A DNA stretch of 64,000 nt from an uncultured Gammaproteobacteria bacterium. Its GTDB lineage: Bacteria > Patescibacteriota > Patescibacteriia > VMEV01 > CAZAJQ01. Every line of letters starts with the position of its first letter. Within the stretch, counting starts at the first letter, position 1. The DNA lies in NCBI GenBank assembly GCA_964485795.1, contig CAZAJQ010000006.1:9716-73715 (forward strand). Direction: 5' to 3'. The notes under the pieces were generated by a model. The model was not told the DNA's origin. It saw only the letters and a list, made by a program, of their open reading frames with translations, and made no database searches. Below, in pieces: positions 51,919 to 61,643 of the stretch. A program made the position numbers and the translations under genes.

Positions 51919-53154
51919 TTACATATCTGCATCTTTCTTCGACAACGCTTTCAAAATCACATGAATATAGACGTCAGCATCCATCCCTTGAAATTTCGTT
52001 GCCTCACGCACCATCCGCTGATACTCGACCGCGTTCATGCGTAACGCTTCGTTAAAAACCGCATCAAACGACTTTTCGTCAGAAGGGTCAAACACAAACC
52101 CGTTCTTTCCATGTACGACGCGTTCTGCGCTTCCTCCCAGAGACACGGTGATGACCGGAGTGCCATTCAAAAGACTCAACGGAATCACACCCGGGTCATT
52201 TTCATAGCAACGTGATGGGAAGATGAGAAAATGCATGATCGAAAACATTTCGGACAATTCTTTTCCTTCTTTTGAGCCGTAATACAAAGCATTTCCCCTG
52301 TGCGCAATGACGTTTTTCAACTCTTTTTCGGCAGAACCATTCCCGACGATATGAAGCTCAAACAAATCCTGAGAAAACGATTCGAGCCGCCGCAAAAGCC
52401 AAAAAAGTCCCTTATGCCTTTCGATTTGCCCCACATACAGAAAATATTTCCTCTTGTATAATGATGAAACATCTGTTTTCAAAGCTATGAAATCTTTCTC
52501 GATCGGATTTGGCAGTAGCATTCTTTGCGATTTCTGAAAAAACCCGCGATTCTCATAAAAATCTTTCAAAAATCGAGATGGAAATATCGCGAAATCACAG
52601 GAAACGAACAAACGTCTGCAAAAGTTTTCATACATTCTCTGAAAAAAAGAACGATTCAAAAAACGTTTTTCTTCTCCGCATATCAAAACCCCGCTCGGAT
52701 AAACGTACTGAATATCATGCAAAATCTGTATCCAAAGAACTTCTTTGAAACGTTTCCGGTACTCTCGAATGGCGATGGGTATCAAATATCCCAAACCGCA
52801 AAGATTCTGCGTCATGATTAGCTGGGGTTTTTCTTTTATGCACAGCCAAAACAGATACAAAAACGTATGCATCTGAAACACATCGATGAATCTCCATAAC
52901 CATTTTCGAAAAAAACCGTATCGACCATGAAACCAATAGGAATGAAGATTCAAAGGAAAACACCGAATGATTTTCAATCCTTCCCAATATTGCGTTTCTC
53001 CTCCCGGTTGCGAAAATTTCAACCGAGGATTCATCGTAAGCACCGTCACTTCATGTCCCTGTTTTTTCAATGCCAAAGCAGTCGCTTTCGCGATTCGTTC
53101 GGCGCCTCCCCGTTCATAGGGATAAAAAAGATTTGAGACTATCAAAATTTTCAC
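51919..53154 (-). CDS. GT4 glycosyltransferase
   Basis: GGAE, GHEVTV, YVGQIERHKG, PSRCYEN. Confidence 0.9.
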   Translation of the reverse strand: MKILIVSNLFYPYERGGAERIAKATALALKKQGHEVTVLTMNPRLKFSQPGGETQYWEGLKIIRCFPLNLHSYWFHGRYGFFRKWLWRFIDVFQMHTFLYLFWLCIKEKPQLIMTQNLCGLGYLIPIAIREYRKRFKEVLWIQILHDIQYVYPSGVLICGEEKRFLNRSFFQRMYENFCRRLFVSCDFAIFPSRFLKDFYENRGFFQKSQRMLLPNPIEKDFIALKTDVSSLYKRKYFLYVGQIERHKGLFWLLRRLESFSQDLFELHIVGNGSAEKELKNVIAHRGNALYYGSKEGKELSEMFSIMHFLIFPSRCYENDPGVIPLSLLNGTPVITVSLGGSAERVVHGKNGFVFDPSDEKSFDAVFNEALRMNAVEYQRMVREATKFQGMDADVYIHVILKALSKKDADM

Positions 53155-54248
53155 AGTTCAAAAAGATTTTTTTCCAGACGATCGATGATACGCGGCCAGC
53201 GGTAGTTCTCTTCGACGGCGGTGATTCCGCGTTTTGAATACTCGGACATGAGCGCGGATGACGATAGAACTTTGGTGATATTTTTCGCCAAATCCTGCGT
53301 GTCCCCACTTCTCGCCGTGCATCCGCCATTCTGCGCAATGACTGAAACCCCGGGCAGATCGCTAGCGATCACCGGTGTGCCGCATGCCATGGCTTCCAGA
53401 AGCACCAGACCAAACGCCTCTCCTTGCGTGGTGGACGGCAAGATAAAAAGATCCGCATGTTGATATTCAGATATCAACGCATGCTGACGCATGGTTCCCA
53501 GGAAAATGACATTTTTTTCCAATCGCTTCTGTCTCACCATGTTTTCATAATGGGGCCTCATGTCTCCATCTCCGCAAATACGGAGGGTCAGCTTCGGAAA
53601 CGAACGTACGAGAAATCCAACGGAACACAAAAGCACTTCCAATCCCTTGAACCGATGCGCACCATCCAGACCGGCTACAAAGAGCATCACGGGGTTATGT
53701 TTCACTCCTCGAACAAATGCGGGATCCGGAATGAAATCATCATTCACCCCAAAGGGAGATTCGCGGATTTTCTTGCGATTCAAAAAAACTTCTTTCCGAA
53801 ATAAACAATGTTCGCTGAAATCTTTCGTCGAAAAAAAAATCTTTTCCGACATCGAAAACAATGACGGTGTGACGAAAAAAAGCGGCGCGGATGCTATGTT
53901 TTGCGCGACGTTTTTTGCGATGAAATCCATGTGATAGTAGAGAAATAATTTTTTTTGAGGGAAAATTTTTCGGAGCAACCAAACAAATTCGGCGGCTCCG
54001 AAAAAAGGATAATGAAGCAAAATCCTGTCAAAACGCTGAAGCGAAAAAAAAATATCCGGCGCAAAAGTGGCATTTCCGCTCTGAAACCAGCCGATTTGTC
54101 TTGCATCAGCGGCCTTTCGCTTGTGACAAAACGTCGAGATGTGGTATCCCCTTGCTCTCAGGCGTGAAGAAAGCTCATGTGCAACAGTCCCCATGCCTCC
54201 GATATCCGGAGGATACGAGCATACCACTTGAGCGATTTGTCCTTTCAT
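53151..54248 (-). CDS. GT4 glycosyltransferase
   Basis: YPPDIGG, FKG, LPS...EAFGLVLLEAMACGTPVI. Confidence 0.92.
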   Translation of the reverse strand: MKGQIAQVVCSYPPDIGGMGTVAHELSSRLRARGYHISTFCHKRKAADARQIGWFQSGNATFAPDIFFSLQRFDRILLHYPFFGAAEFVWLLRKIFPQKKLFLYYHMDFIAKNVAQNIASAPLFFVTPSLFSMSEKIFFSTKDFSEHCLFRKEVFLNRKKIRESPFGVNDDFIPDPAFVRGVKHNPVMLFVAGLDGAHRFKGLEVLLCSVGFLVRSFPKLTLRICGDGDMRPHYENMVRQKRLEKNVIFLGTMRQHALISEYQHADLFILPSTTQGEAFGLVLLEAMACGTPVIASDLPGVSVIAQNGGCTARSGDTQDLAKNITKVLSSSALMSEYSKRGITAVEENYRWPRIIDRLEKNLFEL

Positions 54249-54622
54249 ACTTTTTTATCGATTTCTTGCTTCTCTCCATCGTTTTCTTGCGACCGCAGAA
54301 TAGCAAGCTCGCTGACCAAGCGAGACAATGATTGCTCAAGTCGAAACAATCGGATAAAAAGCTTAAACATCGTATAAAAAATCGAAAGTACGGCAATATA
54401 GAGGATAAGATCAACCCCGCGTCCGACTCCGACAAAGGCGGCAAAATACGAAGTGGTGTCCGGTATGACGATGGCCACGACCGAAAGGGCAAAAAAAAGA
54501 ATCGCGAATACATATTCACGACCGCTGATACGATTTTTTTTTCTCTGGGCATAAAGTTTCCCGAAGAAAAGAAAAACAAAAAAAAGCAAAAGCACTTGAA
54601 TGGGTCTCATATGTTGCGACAA
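54245..54622 (-). CDS. DUF2304 family membrane protein
   Basis: FVGVGRGVDLILY...LEQSLSRLVSELAI, following a DPM-like GT2. Confidence 0.85.
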   Translation of the reverse strand: MSQHMRPIQVLLLFFVFLFFGKLYAQRKKNRISGREYVFAILFFALSVVAIVIPDTTSYFAAFVGVGRGVDLILYIAVLSIFYTMFKLFIRLFRLEQSLSRLVSELAILRSQENDGEKQEIDKKV

Positions 54623-54683
54623 TGTTTTGCCGTGTTTTTAGAACGGCAGTTATGATGGTTTCGATGATCACGAATCGTTTTCT

Positions 54684-55361
54684 TCATGTGCGCCCTTTTG
54701 CGACTTTTGAAACCCAGAGGTCAAAAACGATACGAATCGCATGCCATGAACGTTGCCCTTTGCTCAATGAATAGGGCGTGTATTGGACTTTGACCGGCAC
54801 TTCTTTGTGACGCAAAGAGAATCTTGAAATGGCATGAAGGATTTCCGATCCATGCGCCATGCGATTTTGCGCAATTGCGATTTTTTGCGCGGCCTCTCGA
54901 TTCATCGCTCGAAAACCGTTTTGCGGATCGGTCAAGGAAAGATGGGAATAGTAATATGTAAAAATCCTGCCCGCCTGCAAAACCCATTTCCGCGAAACGG
55001 GAATGGCATTGTCGCTCAAAAAACGCGATCCCAGCGTAATATCCACCTCATCGATGCATACGGGATGCACCATTTCAGGAATATCTTTTCCGGACAATTG
55101 ACCGTCAGCGTCAAAATGCACGATGACGTCGGCTCCAGTCATGACGGCATATCTCGTGCCGGTTCGAAGCGCGGCTCCCTGTCCGACATTGCAAGCATGC
55201 GAAAGCAAGGTGACCGGAAAACTTTTCGCCACACAAGACGTCGCGTCCGTGGATCCATCGTCTACGACAATGATTTTTTTGCAATATCGCAAGACGTCGG
55301 ACAATACGGCCGAAAGCGTCGTCGCTTCATTGTACGCGGGAATAACAACCGAGATGTTCAT
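54684..55361 (-). CDS. GT2 polyprenol-phosphate glycosyltransferase (DPM synthase-like)
   Basis: IPAYNE, VDDGSTD, GQGAALRTG, FDADGQ, GSRF, TDPQNGFRA. Confidence 0.92.
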   Translation of the reverse strand: MNISVVIPAYNEATTLSAVLSDVLRYCKKIIVVDDGSTDATSCVAKSFPVTLLSHACNVGQGAALRTGTRYAVMTGADVIVHFDADGQLSGKDIPEMVHPVCIDEVDITLGSRFLSDNAIPVSRKWVLQAGRIFTYYYSHLSLTDPQNGFRAMNREAAQKIAIAQNRMAHGSEILHAISRFSLRHKEVPVKVQYTPYSLSKGQRSWHAIRIVFDLWVSKVAKGRT

Positions 55362-55557
55362 AGCATCGCTGGGTCATGGTTATGAAATGGAAAACCGATT
55401 GCATCGCTAAAATTCCTGCGCTTAAACACCCTTTCAACAAATAAAAAAATCCTTTTTCCCGCCACATTTCTGAATATCCTTCACGTTCGAAATCTTCATC
55501 AGGGTATCAAAAGAAACGTGTTTTGATAAGCGCGGAAAATCGGATTTTTGAAAAAAA

Positions 55558-56574
55558 TTATTTTTTTATCGAAAGCCTCACTTTCTCGGCCTGCGCATAG
55601 GCAATGGTTCGTTTCAAACCTTCTTCCAGCGTGACCACCGGAAGCCACCCCATCTCGTCTTTTGCGCGCGTTATGTCCGGCAAACCCGACGGTTCATAGA
55701 ACTTTACGGGATTTTCAAAACGTATCGATGATTTTGACTTCGTCAAGTCGATGATCAGCTTTGCGATGTCAACCATCGGTATATCCACATCACTGCCGAT
55801 ATTCACCGGTCCCGTTTCGGTATCCATATCCATAAGTCGAATGCACGCTTCAATGCAATCCGAAACATAACAAAACGAACTCGCATACGATTCATCGCCA
55901 AAAATCCTCAAATCGCCGCCGTCCAAAGCGTTCACGATGAAATCCGGAATCACCCGGCCGTCGGAAAGCTTCATGCGCGGACCATAGGCTCGAAAAATAC
56001 GGGCGATTTTCACTCTCAGACCTTTGGCTTCATGATACGTATGGATGATGGATTCGGCGTTTTTCTTGCCGAGATCGTAGCATGCTCGCGCATGAAAAGG
56101 ATCCAAGGCGCTTATCTCGCTTTCTCGAAAGTACGGATTGTCGGCTCTTCTCGTTCCATACACCACCGAGCTTGAAGCGTGAAAAAATTTCGCATCGTAA
56201 CGCAGGGCAATATCGAGCATATTGAGCACCCCCACGGAATTGGTTTTGGCGGTTTCGAGTCTGACTTTGTCAAAATCCTTGGGTGAAGTGGGACAGGCGA
56301 AATGATAGATTTCCTGAATCCCCTGAAATTTGACCCTGAAACGCTCCAATTCGGAAATTTTTTCGATTTCCAGCGGAGTATTGATATCCGCTTTCAAAAA
56401 AATGAAATCCGGATTTTTCAGAAGATGCTCGATATTGGCCACATTGCCGGAAATGAAATTGTCCACGCAAATCACGCGACCTTTGAGTAAAAGCGCGTCG
56501 CAGAGATGCGATCCCAAAAAACCGGCTCCTCCGGTGACGATGATGTTTTTTTTGTCAAAAATGACCTCCGCCAT
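55558..56574 (-). CDS. NAD-dependent epimerase/dehydratase (UDP-glucuronate decarboxylase-like)
   Basis: TGGAGFLGSHLCD, HFACPTSP, CYDLGK, YGPRM..DGRV. Confidence 0.88.
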   Translation of the reverse strand: MAEVIFDKKNIIVTGGAGFLGSHLCDALLLKGRVICVDNFISGNVANIEHLLKNPDFIFLKADINTPLEIEKISELERFRVKFQGIQEIYHFACPTSPKDFDKVRLETAKTNSVGVLNMLDIALRYDAKFFHASSSVVYGTRRADNPYFRESEISALDPFHARACYDLGKKNAESIIHTYHEAKGLRVKIARIFRAYGPRMKLSDGRVIPDFIVNALDGGDLRIFGDESYASSFCYVSDCIEACIRLMDMDTETGPVNIGSDVDIPMVDIAKLIIDLTKSKSSIRFENPVKFYEPSGLPDITRAKDEMGWLPVVTLEEGLKRTIAYAQAEKVRLSIKK

Positions 56575-56575
56575 A

Positions 56576-58864
56576 TCAAGAATGGATAAAGCTCATGCGA
56601 GCCCCGACATTGATAAAATCCGAAATTGCTTCATACGTATTTTCATAAACGCCAAAACGATCATAAGCATATATGAACCCATTCATATCCATGATTCCGA
56701 AACTACCGAGGGAAATCTCTCCGAGCGGCGAAAAAATGAGACTGAGCGGCTTTTCATTGTGATCCGCGGAAAACTCGAGAAGTTTTTTACCGTTGAGCGT
56801 CATCACTTTGACATGTCTTGCCGCATCTTCGGACATGATCGCGATGGCATCCACGGTCACCAATTTCCCGGAAAGTTCCTTTTTTTCAAAACGAACCATT
56901 TGCGTTTGTACGCTCCCTTTTTTTCCATCGCTGTAGGCGAGAAAACTTGACATTGCGTTTCCTTTCCCGTCAAACACGGAAATCTTGGGACTTCCGGACA
57001 TGAGGGAAGCGACGATGCGAAGCTCACCTTCTTCGGATCCCGCCGATACGTTGACGCCAAAGCGATAGCTCTTCTCATAAGCCAAAAACTCAAGCTTCAG
57101 ATCGCCCTTGACGTCAAAAACTCGAATCAGGGGATCATGGGCTTTTCCCGGAGCGGTGATGATTTCCCCTACGCCGTCGCCGTCAATATCTCCAACGGCA
57201 ACCGACACGCCCCCGCGATAATCCTTTTCATAAGCGAAAAACTGTGAAATCACCTTGCCGTCTTGAGAAAAAACGCGAATATGCGGACCGCCTCCGTTCC
57301 CGGGTCCGACGATAATCTCATCCCCGACTTTTGCATTCACATCTCCGGTCGCCACATGCAATCCTCCTTCAAAGAGAAACGGATAGGCTTCAAAGGATGA
57401 CGTCGCTTCTCCAAGACGCGTATCATAGAGCACGACTTTTGACGCCGACTTCCCGTACGGGACCAAGGCAAGCATGGCTTCTTTTTGCGACGTCGGCGAT
57501 TGGTTCGTAGGCTGCTGAATCGGAGCGGTCAAAAAAGGAAAGGGAAATGCGTCAAACTTCAGATTTTGCGCAACACGTTTCACCGCCGGCACGGCGCCGA
57601 GAGCTTTTCTCACGTCCAGTCTCCCGCTGCCAAGGCCGTTTGGATACGAAACATTTTGCGTCAGATTGTCATATGAGTTTTTCAAAACCATGTCTTGCAT
57701 TTCATCAACGCTCAAACTCGGAGCCAAAGATTTGAGCAAAGCGAACGAAGCCGATACCAACGGCGCGGAAAACGATGTCCCCGACCAGCCGTCTCCGTAA
57801 AAATTGTTCAAACCGACACTGGGGTTAAAATACAAGGCGCTGTAAAAATTCGTTCCCGGTGCATTGATATCCACGCAATCATCGCCGTAATTGGAAAATT
57901 CGGCTCGATACCCATCTTCATCGACGGCCGCTACGCCGATGATATAATTCACCTCCTGCTTGCTGAGGCTGCATACCGGATATCCGGGCTGCGTATTGAG
58001 ATTTCTTCCGCCCGGAATATTCCCGGCCGCGGCCACGACGACAATGCCTTTTTCATGCGCCTTTCTCAGCAATTCATTAAAAAACTCACTTTCGCTGAAT
58101 CCGAAAAAACTCATGTTGATGACATCCGCTCCATTGTCTATGGCGTACTCAAACGCTTTCAGCACCGTGGCCGTATCACCGTATCCTTGAGCATCCAGCG
58201 CTCGAATACCCATGATACGGGTGCGAAACGCCAGTCCGGCAATGCCCTTTTGATTATGCGCCTGCGCGGCGATGATTCCGGCCACCGCCGTTCCATGACT
58301 GACGCCGATTTCCGAAAAATAACTTTCTTTTTTCACCTGCGGCGTGGGCGTCCCCTTTTCATCCACAAAATCATATCCGTAGACATCGTCGACAAAGCCG
58401 TTATTGTCATTGTCCATGCCATCGTCAGCGATTTCCCGAATATTTTTCCAAATGTTGTTTTTCAAATCCGGGTGGTCGATATACACGCCCGAATCAATGA
58501 CGGCCACCACCACATCGCGACTTCCCTGTGAAATATCCCAAGCTTCTTGGGCTCTTACCGTCTTGAGATACCATTGTTCGGACAGCGCCGGATCATTGGG
58601 CGTAAAAGCGATTTGGTAGGTTCCGTTCATTTCGATGCCGTCGATGGATTCCTCATTTTTCAAGTTTTCCAAAACCTGCTTTTGATCGCCTTCAATGGAA
58701 AGCTTGAGATATTGTTTATCTCCTTTCAAACGAAAAATATATTCGTGAATCGGCTTCGTCTCATCCGTCGAAACCTCAAAAGCCAAGGCGGGAAGCGAAA
58801 GGAAAGAAAGGATGAGCATGACACTCACCGATCGCGCAAACAAAAAGATTTGTTTTTTTTGCAT
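56576..58864 (-). CDS. Secreted S8 subtilisin-like peptidase with FG-GAP-like repeats
   Basis: Signal peptide; triad VIDSG / HGTAVAG / GTSFSAP; repeats FxAY...GGxxVAxGDxxGD. Confidence 0.93.
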   Translation of the reverse strand: MQKKQIFLFARSVSVMLILSFLSLPALAFEVSTDETKPIHEYIFRLKGDKQYLKLSIEGDQKQVLENLKNEESIDGIEMNGTYQIAFTPNDPALSEQWYLKTVRAQEAWDISQGSRDVVVAVIDSGVYIDHPDLKNNIWKNIREIADDGMDNDNNGFVDDVYGYDFVDEKGTPTPQVKKESYFSEIGVSHGTAVAGIIAAQAHNQKGIAGLAFRTRIMGIRALDAQGYGDTATVLKAFEYAIDNGADVINMSFFGFSESEFFNELLRKAHEKGIVVVAAAGNIPGGRNLNTQPGYPVCSLSKQEVNYIIGVAAVDEDGYRAEFSNYGDDCVDINAPGTNFYSALYFNPSVGLNNFYGDGWSGTSFSAPLVSASFALLKSLAPSLSVDEMQDMVLKNSYDNLTQNVSYPNGLGSGRLDVRKALGAVPAVKRVAQNLKFDAFPFPFLTAPIQQPTNQSPTSQKEAMLALVPYGKSASKVVLYDTRLGEATSSFEAYPFLFEGGLHVATGDVNAKVGDEIIVGPGNGGGPHIRVFSQDGKVISQFFAYEKDYRGGVSVAVGDIDGDGVGEIITAPGKAHDPLIRVFDVKGDLKLEFLAYEKSYRFGVNVSAGSEEGELRIVASLMSGSPKISVFDGKGNAMSSFLAYSDGKKGSVQTQMVRFEKKELSGKLVTVDAIAIMSEDAARHVKVMTLNGKKLLEFSADHNEKPLSLIFSPLGEISLGSFGIMDMNGFIYAYDRFGVYENTYEAISDFINVGARMSFIHS

Positions 58865-58954
58865 GAATTTTTTTAACGGTCATTATGAATATGACAATAT
58901 GACACACCGTAACTATAACGATTTTTTTTCCGAGACACAATAAATGGATTTGGA

Positions 58955-60199
58955 TTATTTCGCGATTCCCGGCTGCTTTTTCATGGCCGTGATGATGCGC
59001 TCAACGGCCATCACAAACGCGGCCTTTCGCATATCCAGTTTCTTTTTTTTCTGAAAAAGGTTCCAGAGCGCGTCCGTGGCATCCGTCATCTTTTTTTGCA
59101 ACGCTTCAAAAACTTTTTCCTTGGTCCAATGTTCTGCGTGTTTATTTTGATACCATTCAAAATAGCTCACGGTCACGCCGCCGGCATTGGCCAATACATC
59201 CGGAATAACCGGAATATTTCGAGAAAAAAGGATTTTGTCCGCTTCAGGAGTCGTGGGGCCATTGGCGAGCTCCAAGATGACTTTTGCCTTTATATCAGCG
59301 GCGTTTTTTCCCATAATTTGATTTTCCAATGCCGCAGGAATGAGGATATCCGTATCCAAAGTCAGCAATGAATCCATCGGAATCTGCCGCACATTCGCTA
59401 TGCCCGCAAGTGTTCCGGTCTTTTTTTTGTGCTCCATGACTTCTGGTATGGGAAGACCGGATTCATGGTATATGGCGTTGCGAGAATCATTGACGGCGAT
59501 CACTCTGAAACCCGATGCGTGGCATAGATCGGCCATAACGCTTCCGGCATTGCCAAATCCCTGTATCACCACGCGCAGCCCTGCCGATGACATTCCCAAT
59601 TTCACCAAAATATTTTGCAGTGCGTACATGCCTCCCTGCGCCGTGGCCGTATCCCGTCCTTGACTTCCTCCTTTTGAAACCGGTTTGCCGGTAATCACGG
59701 CCGGGTCATAGACTCCCTTCAGCCGACCGTATTCATCGGCGATCCACTCCATGATCTGCGCATTGGTATATACGTCGGGAGCGGGCACATCGATATCCGA
59801 TCCGATGTCATTCGCAAGAGCGCGTCCATAGGCTCGGGAAAGCCGCTCGGTTTCCATTGGCGACAAATGCTTGGGATCCACGGTAACGCCTCCTTTCCCT
59901 CCACCAAAGGGAATATCCACCACGCTGCATTTGATGGCCATCCACAACGCCAAGGCCTTTACCTCGTCAAGGTCGGTATCGGGATGAAAACGTATCCCTC
60001 CTTTATACGGCCCGCGGGCATTGTTGTACTGCACGCGGTATCCATGAAAAATTTTCAAGGTTCCATCGTCCATGCGAACCGGAAAATTCATGTCAATGAT
60101 TTTTTGCGGAGACGAAAGCAAGGCGAGTGTCTCGGCGTCTTCGCGAAAAAATTTTGAAACGTTTTTGAGCTGTTTCAAAGCGTTTTTGTAAGCATTCAT
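58955..60199 (-). CDS. gdhA: Glu/Leu/Phe/Val dehydrogenase (glutamate dehydrogenase)
   Basis: GPYKGGIRFHP, FGGGKGG, DVPAPD, QGFGNAG, ELANGP, NAGGVTVSYFEW. Confidence 0.95.
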   Translation of the reverse strand: MNAYKNALKQLKNVSKFFREDAETLALLSSPQKIIDMNFPVRMDDGTLKIFHGYRVQYNNARGPYKGGIRFHPDTDLDEVKALALWMAIKCSVVDIPFGGGKGGVTVDPKHLSPMETERLSRAYGRALANDIGSDIDVPAPDVYTNAQIMEWIADEYGRLKGVYDPAVITGKPVSKGGSQGRDTATAQGGMYALQNILVKLGMSSAGLRVVIQGFGNAGSVMADLCHASGFRVIAVNDSRNAIYHESGLPIPEVMEHKKKTGTLAGIANVRQIPMDSLLTLDTDILIPAALENQIMGKNAADIKAKVILELANGPTTPEADKILFSRNIPVIPDVLANAGGVTVSYFEWYQNKHAEHWTKEKVFEALQKKMTDATDALWNLFQKKKKLDMRKAAFVMAVERIITAMKKQPGIAK

Positions 60200-60314
60200 A
60201 AAAAAAAATTAGCATCGTTCAATGGCCGTAACCTTAAAAAACAAAAAAACATCCAGCGAGTTGACGAGAAGCGTATGGTCGTATGATATTTTAAAATACC
60301 TCAAAATCCAAGAT

Positions 60315-61643
60315 TCACTTTTTCCCATATCCCAAATCTTTCAAAGCTTTTCTCGCTTCCTCGCGGTCATCCCAGTGAACCTTTTTTTCCTTCACATACA
60401 TCGAAGTTTGATGCCCCATGCTGCAGAGAAGCACCACATCACCGGGTCGAGCGCGTTGAAACGCTTGCCTGATGGCGGCCGCGCGATCAATGACCACCTC
60501 ATACTCTTCCCCTTTTTTTCCGCCCGCTTCTTGCAGCCCCACTTCGATGTCGGACGCGATTTTCTCCGGATCTTCAAATCGAGGATCTTCGGTGGTGAGT
60601 ATCGAAAAATCCACCATTTCTCCCGCGACTTTTCCCATCAAAGGTCGACGGGATACGTCTCTTCCCCCGGTCGCTCCGTACACGGCAATAATGTTTCCCT
60701 TGGGACTCATCATTCGTGCCGTCCTGAATAATTCATGGAATCCCCAAGGCGTATGGGCATAATCCACGATGACGGAAAAAGGCTGCTCCATGTCTATGAT
60801 TTCCATGCGGCCGGGAATATGCGTGACGGACGCAATCCCATCGAAAATCATGGAAAAAGAGATATTCTGCGATGCGGCGCAAGCGATGGCCACCAAAGTA
60901 TTGGGAACTTGAAAGAGAGCGGGAATGGAAACCTTGACTTGCCCCTTGGAAGCATGGTGCTGCACGAGCGTATAGGTGAGCACTTGCCCTGAAAGCGCAA
61001 TATCCTTGGCGATGAAATCAGCCTCGGGATGAAGGCCATAGGAATAGCGAATATCGGCTTCAAATGAAGAAAAATATTCGTAATGGTCATCGTCTCGATT
61101 CACGATGCTGACTTTGGGAACGCCTTTTTTCCGAAAACTCGTTTTCAACATGCGAAACAATTTTCCTTTGGCGTCTCGATATTTTTCCATCGATCCGTGC
61201 AAATCGAGATGCTCATGGGTGAGATTTGTCATGGCCACCACGTCAAAATCAATTCCCCAAACGCGCCACTGAGAAATCGCCCACGAGGTCACTTCAATGA
61301 TCACTATTTTACAGCCTTCTTTGCGGCATTGAGAGAGAAATTCACGCAGGATCCACTTCCCAGGGGTGGAGTTGTCCGAGACGTTTTTCCATTCTTTCTC
61401 CCCGATTTTAAATTTCAAACCATTGACCAGTCCGACCTTGAATCCGGCTTTTTCAAAAATGGCGGCCGTAAAAACGGTGGAGCTCGTTTTCCCGTCCGTA
61501 CCCGTAATGCCGATCACGGTCATGTCACGCGAAGGAAAACCGTATCGAATCGTGCCGGCAAACGCCCATATCCAGTGATAGCATGAGAAAAAATATGGCG
61601 GAATGATGTTGCGCAAAGATGGATTCATATCAGACGATATCAT
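60315..61643 (-). CDS. murE: UDP-MurNAc-Ala-Glu--amino acid ligase MurE (start 61643 or 61628)
   Basis: ITGTDGKT, IEVTS, TNLTHEHLD.H, VDYAHTP, EDPR.E. Confidence 0.92.
   Translation of the reverse strand: MISSDMNPSLRNIIPPYFFSCYHWIWAFAGTIRYGFPSRDMTVIGITGTDGKTSSTVFTAAIFEKAGFKVGLVNGLKFKIGEKEWKNVSDNSTPGKWILREFLSQCRKEGCKIVIIEVTSWAISQWRVWGIDFDVVAMTNLTHEHLDLHGSMEKYRDAKGKLFRMLKTSFRKKGVPKVSIVNRDDDHYEYFSSFEADIRYSYGLHPEADFIAKDIALSGQVLTYTLVQHHASKGQVKVSIPALFQVPNTLVAIACAASQNISFSMIFDGIASVTHIPGRMEIIDMEQPFSVIVDYAHTPWGFHELFRTARMMSPKGNIIAVYGATGGRDVSRRPLMGKVAGEMVDFSILTTEDPRFEDPEKIASDIEVGLQEAGGKKGEEYEVVIDRAAAIRQAFQRARPGDVVLLCSMGHQTSMYVKEKKVHWDDREEARKALKDLGYGKK

Noticed and set aside
56576-57500. Repeats in the S8 protease C-terminus as a novel element
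   Set aside because: Explained as protein-level FG-GAP-like propeller repeats, a known architecture.
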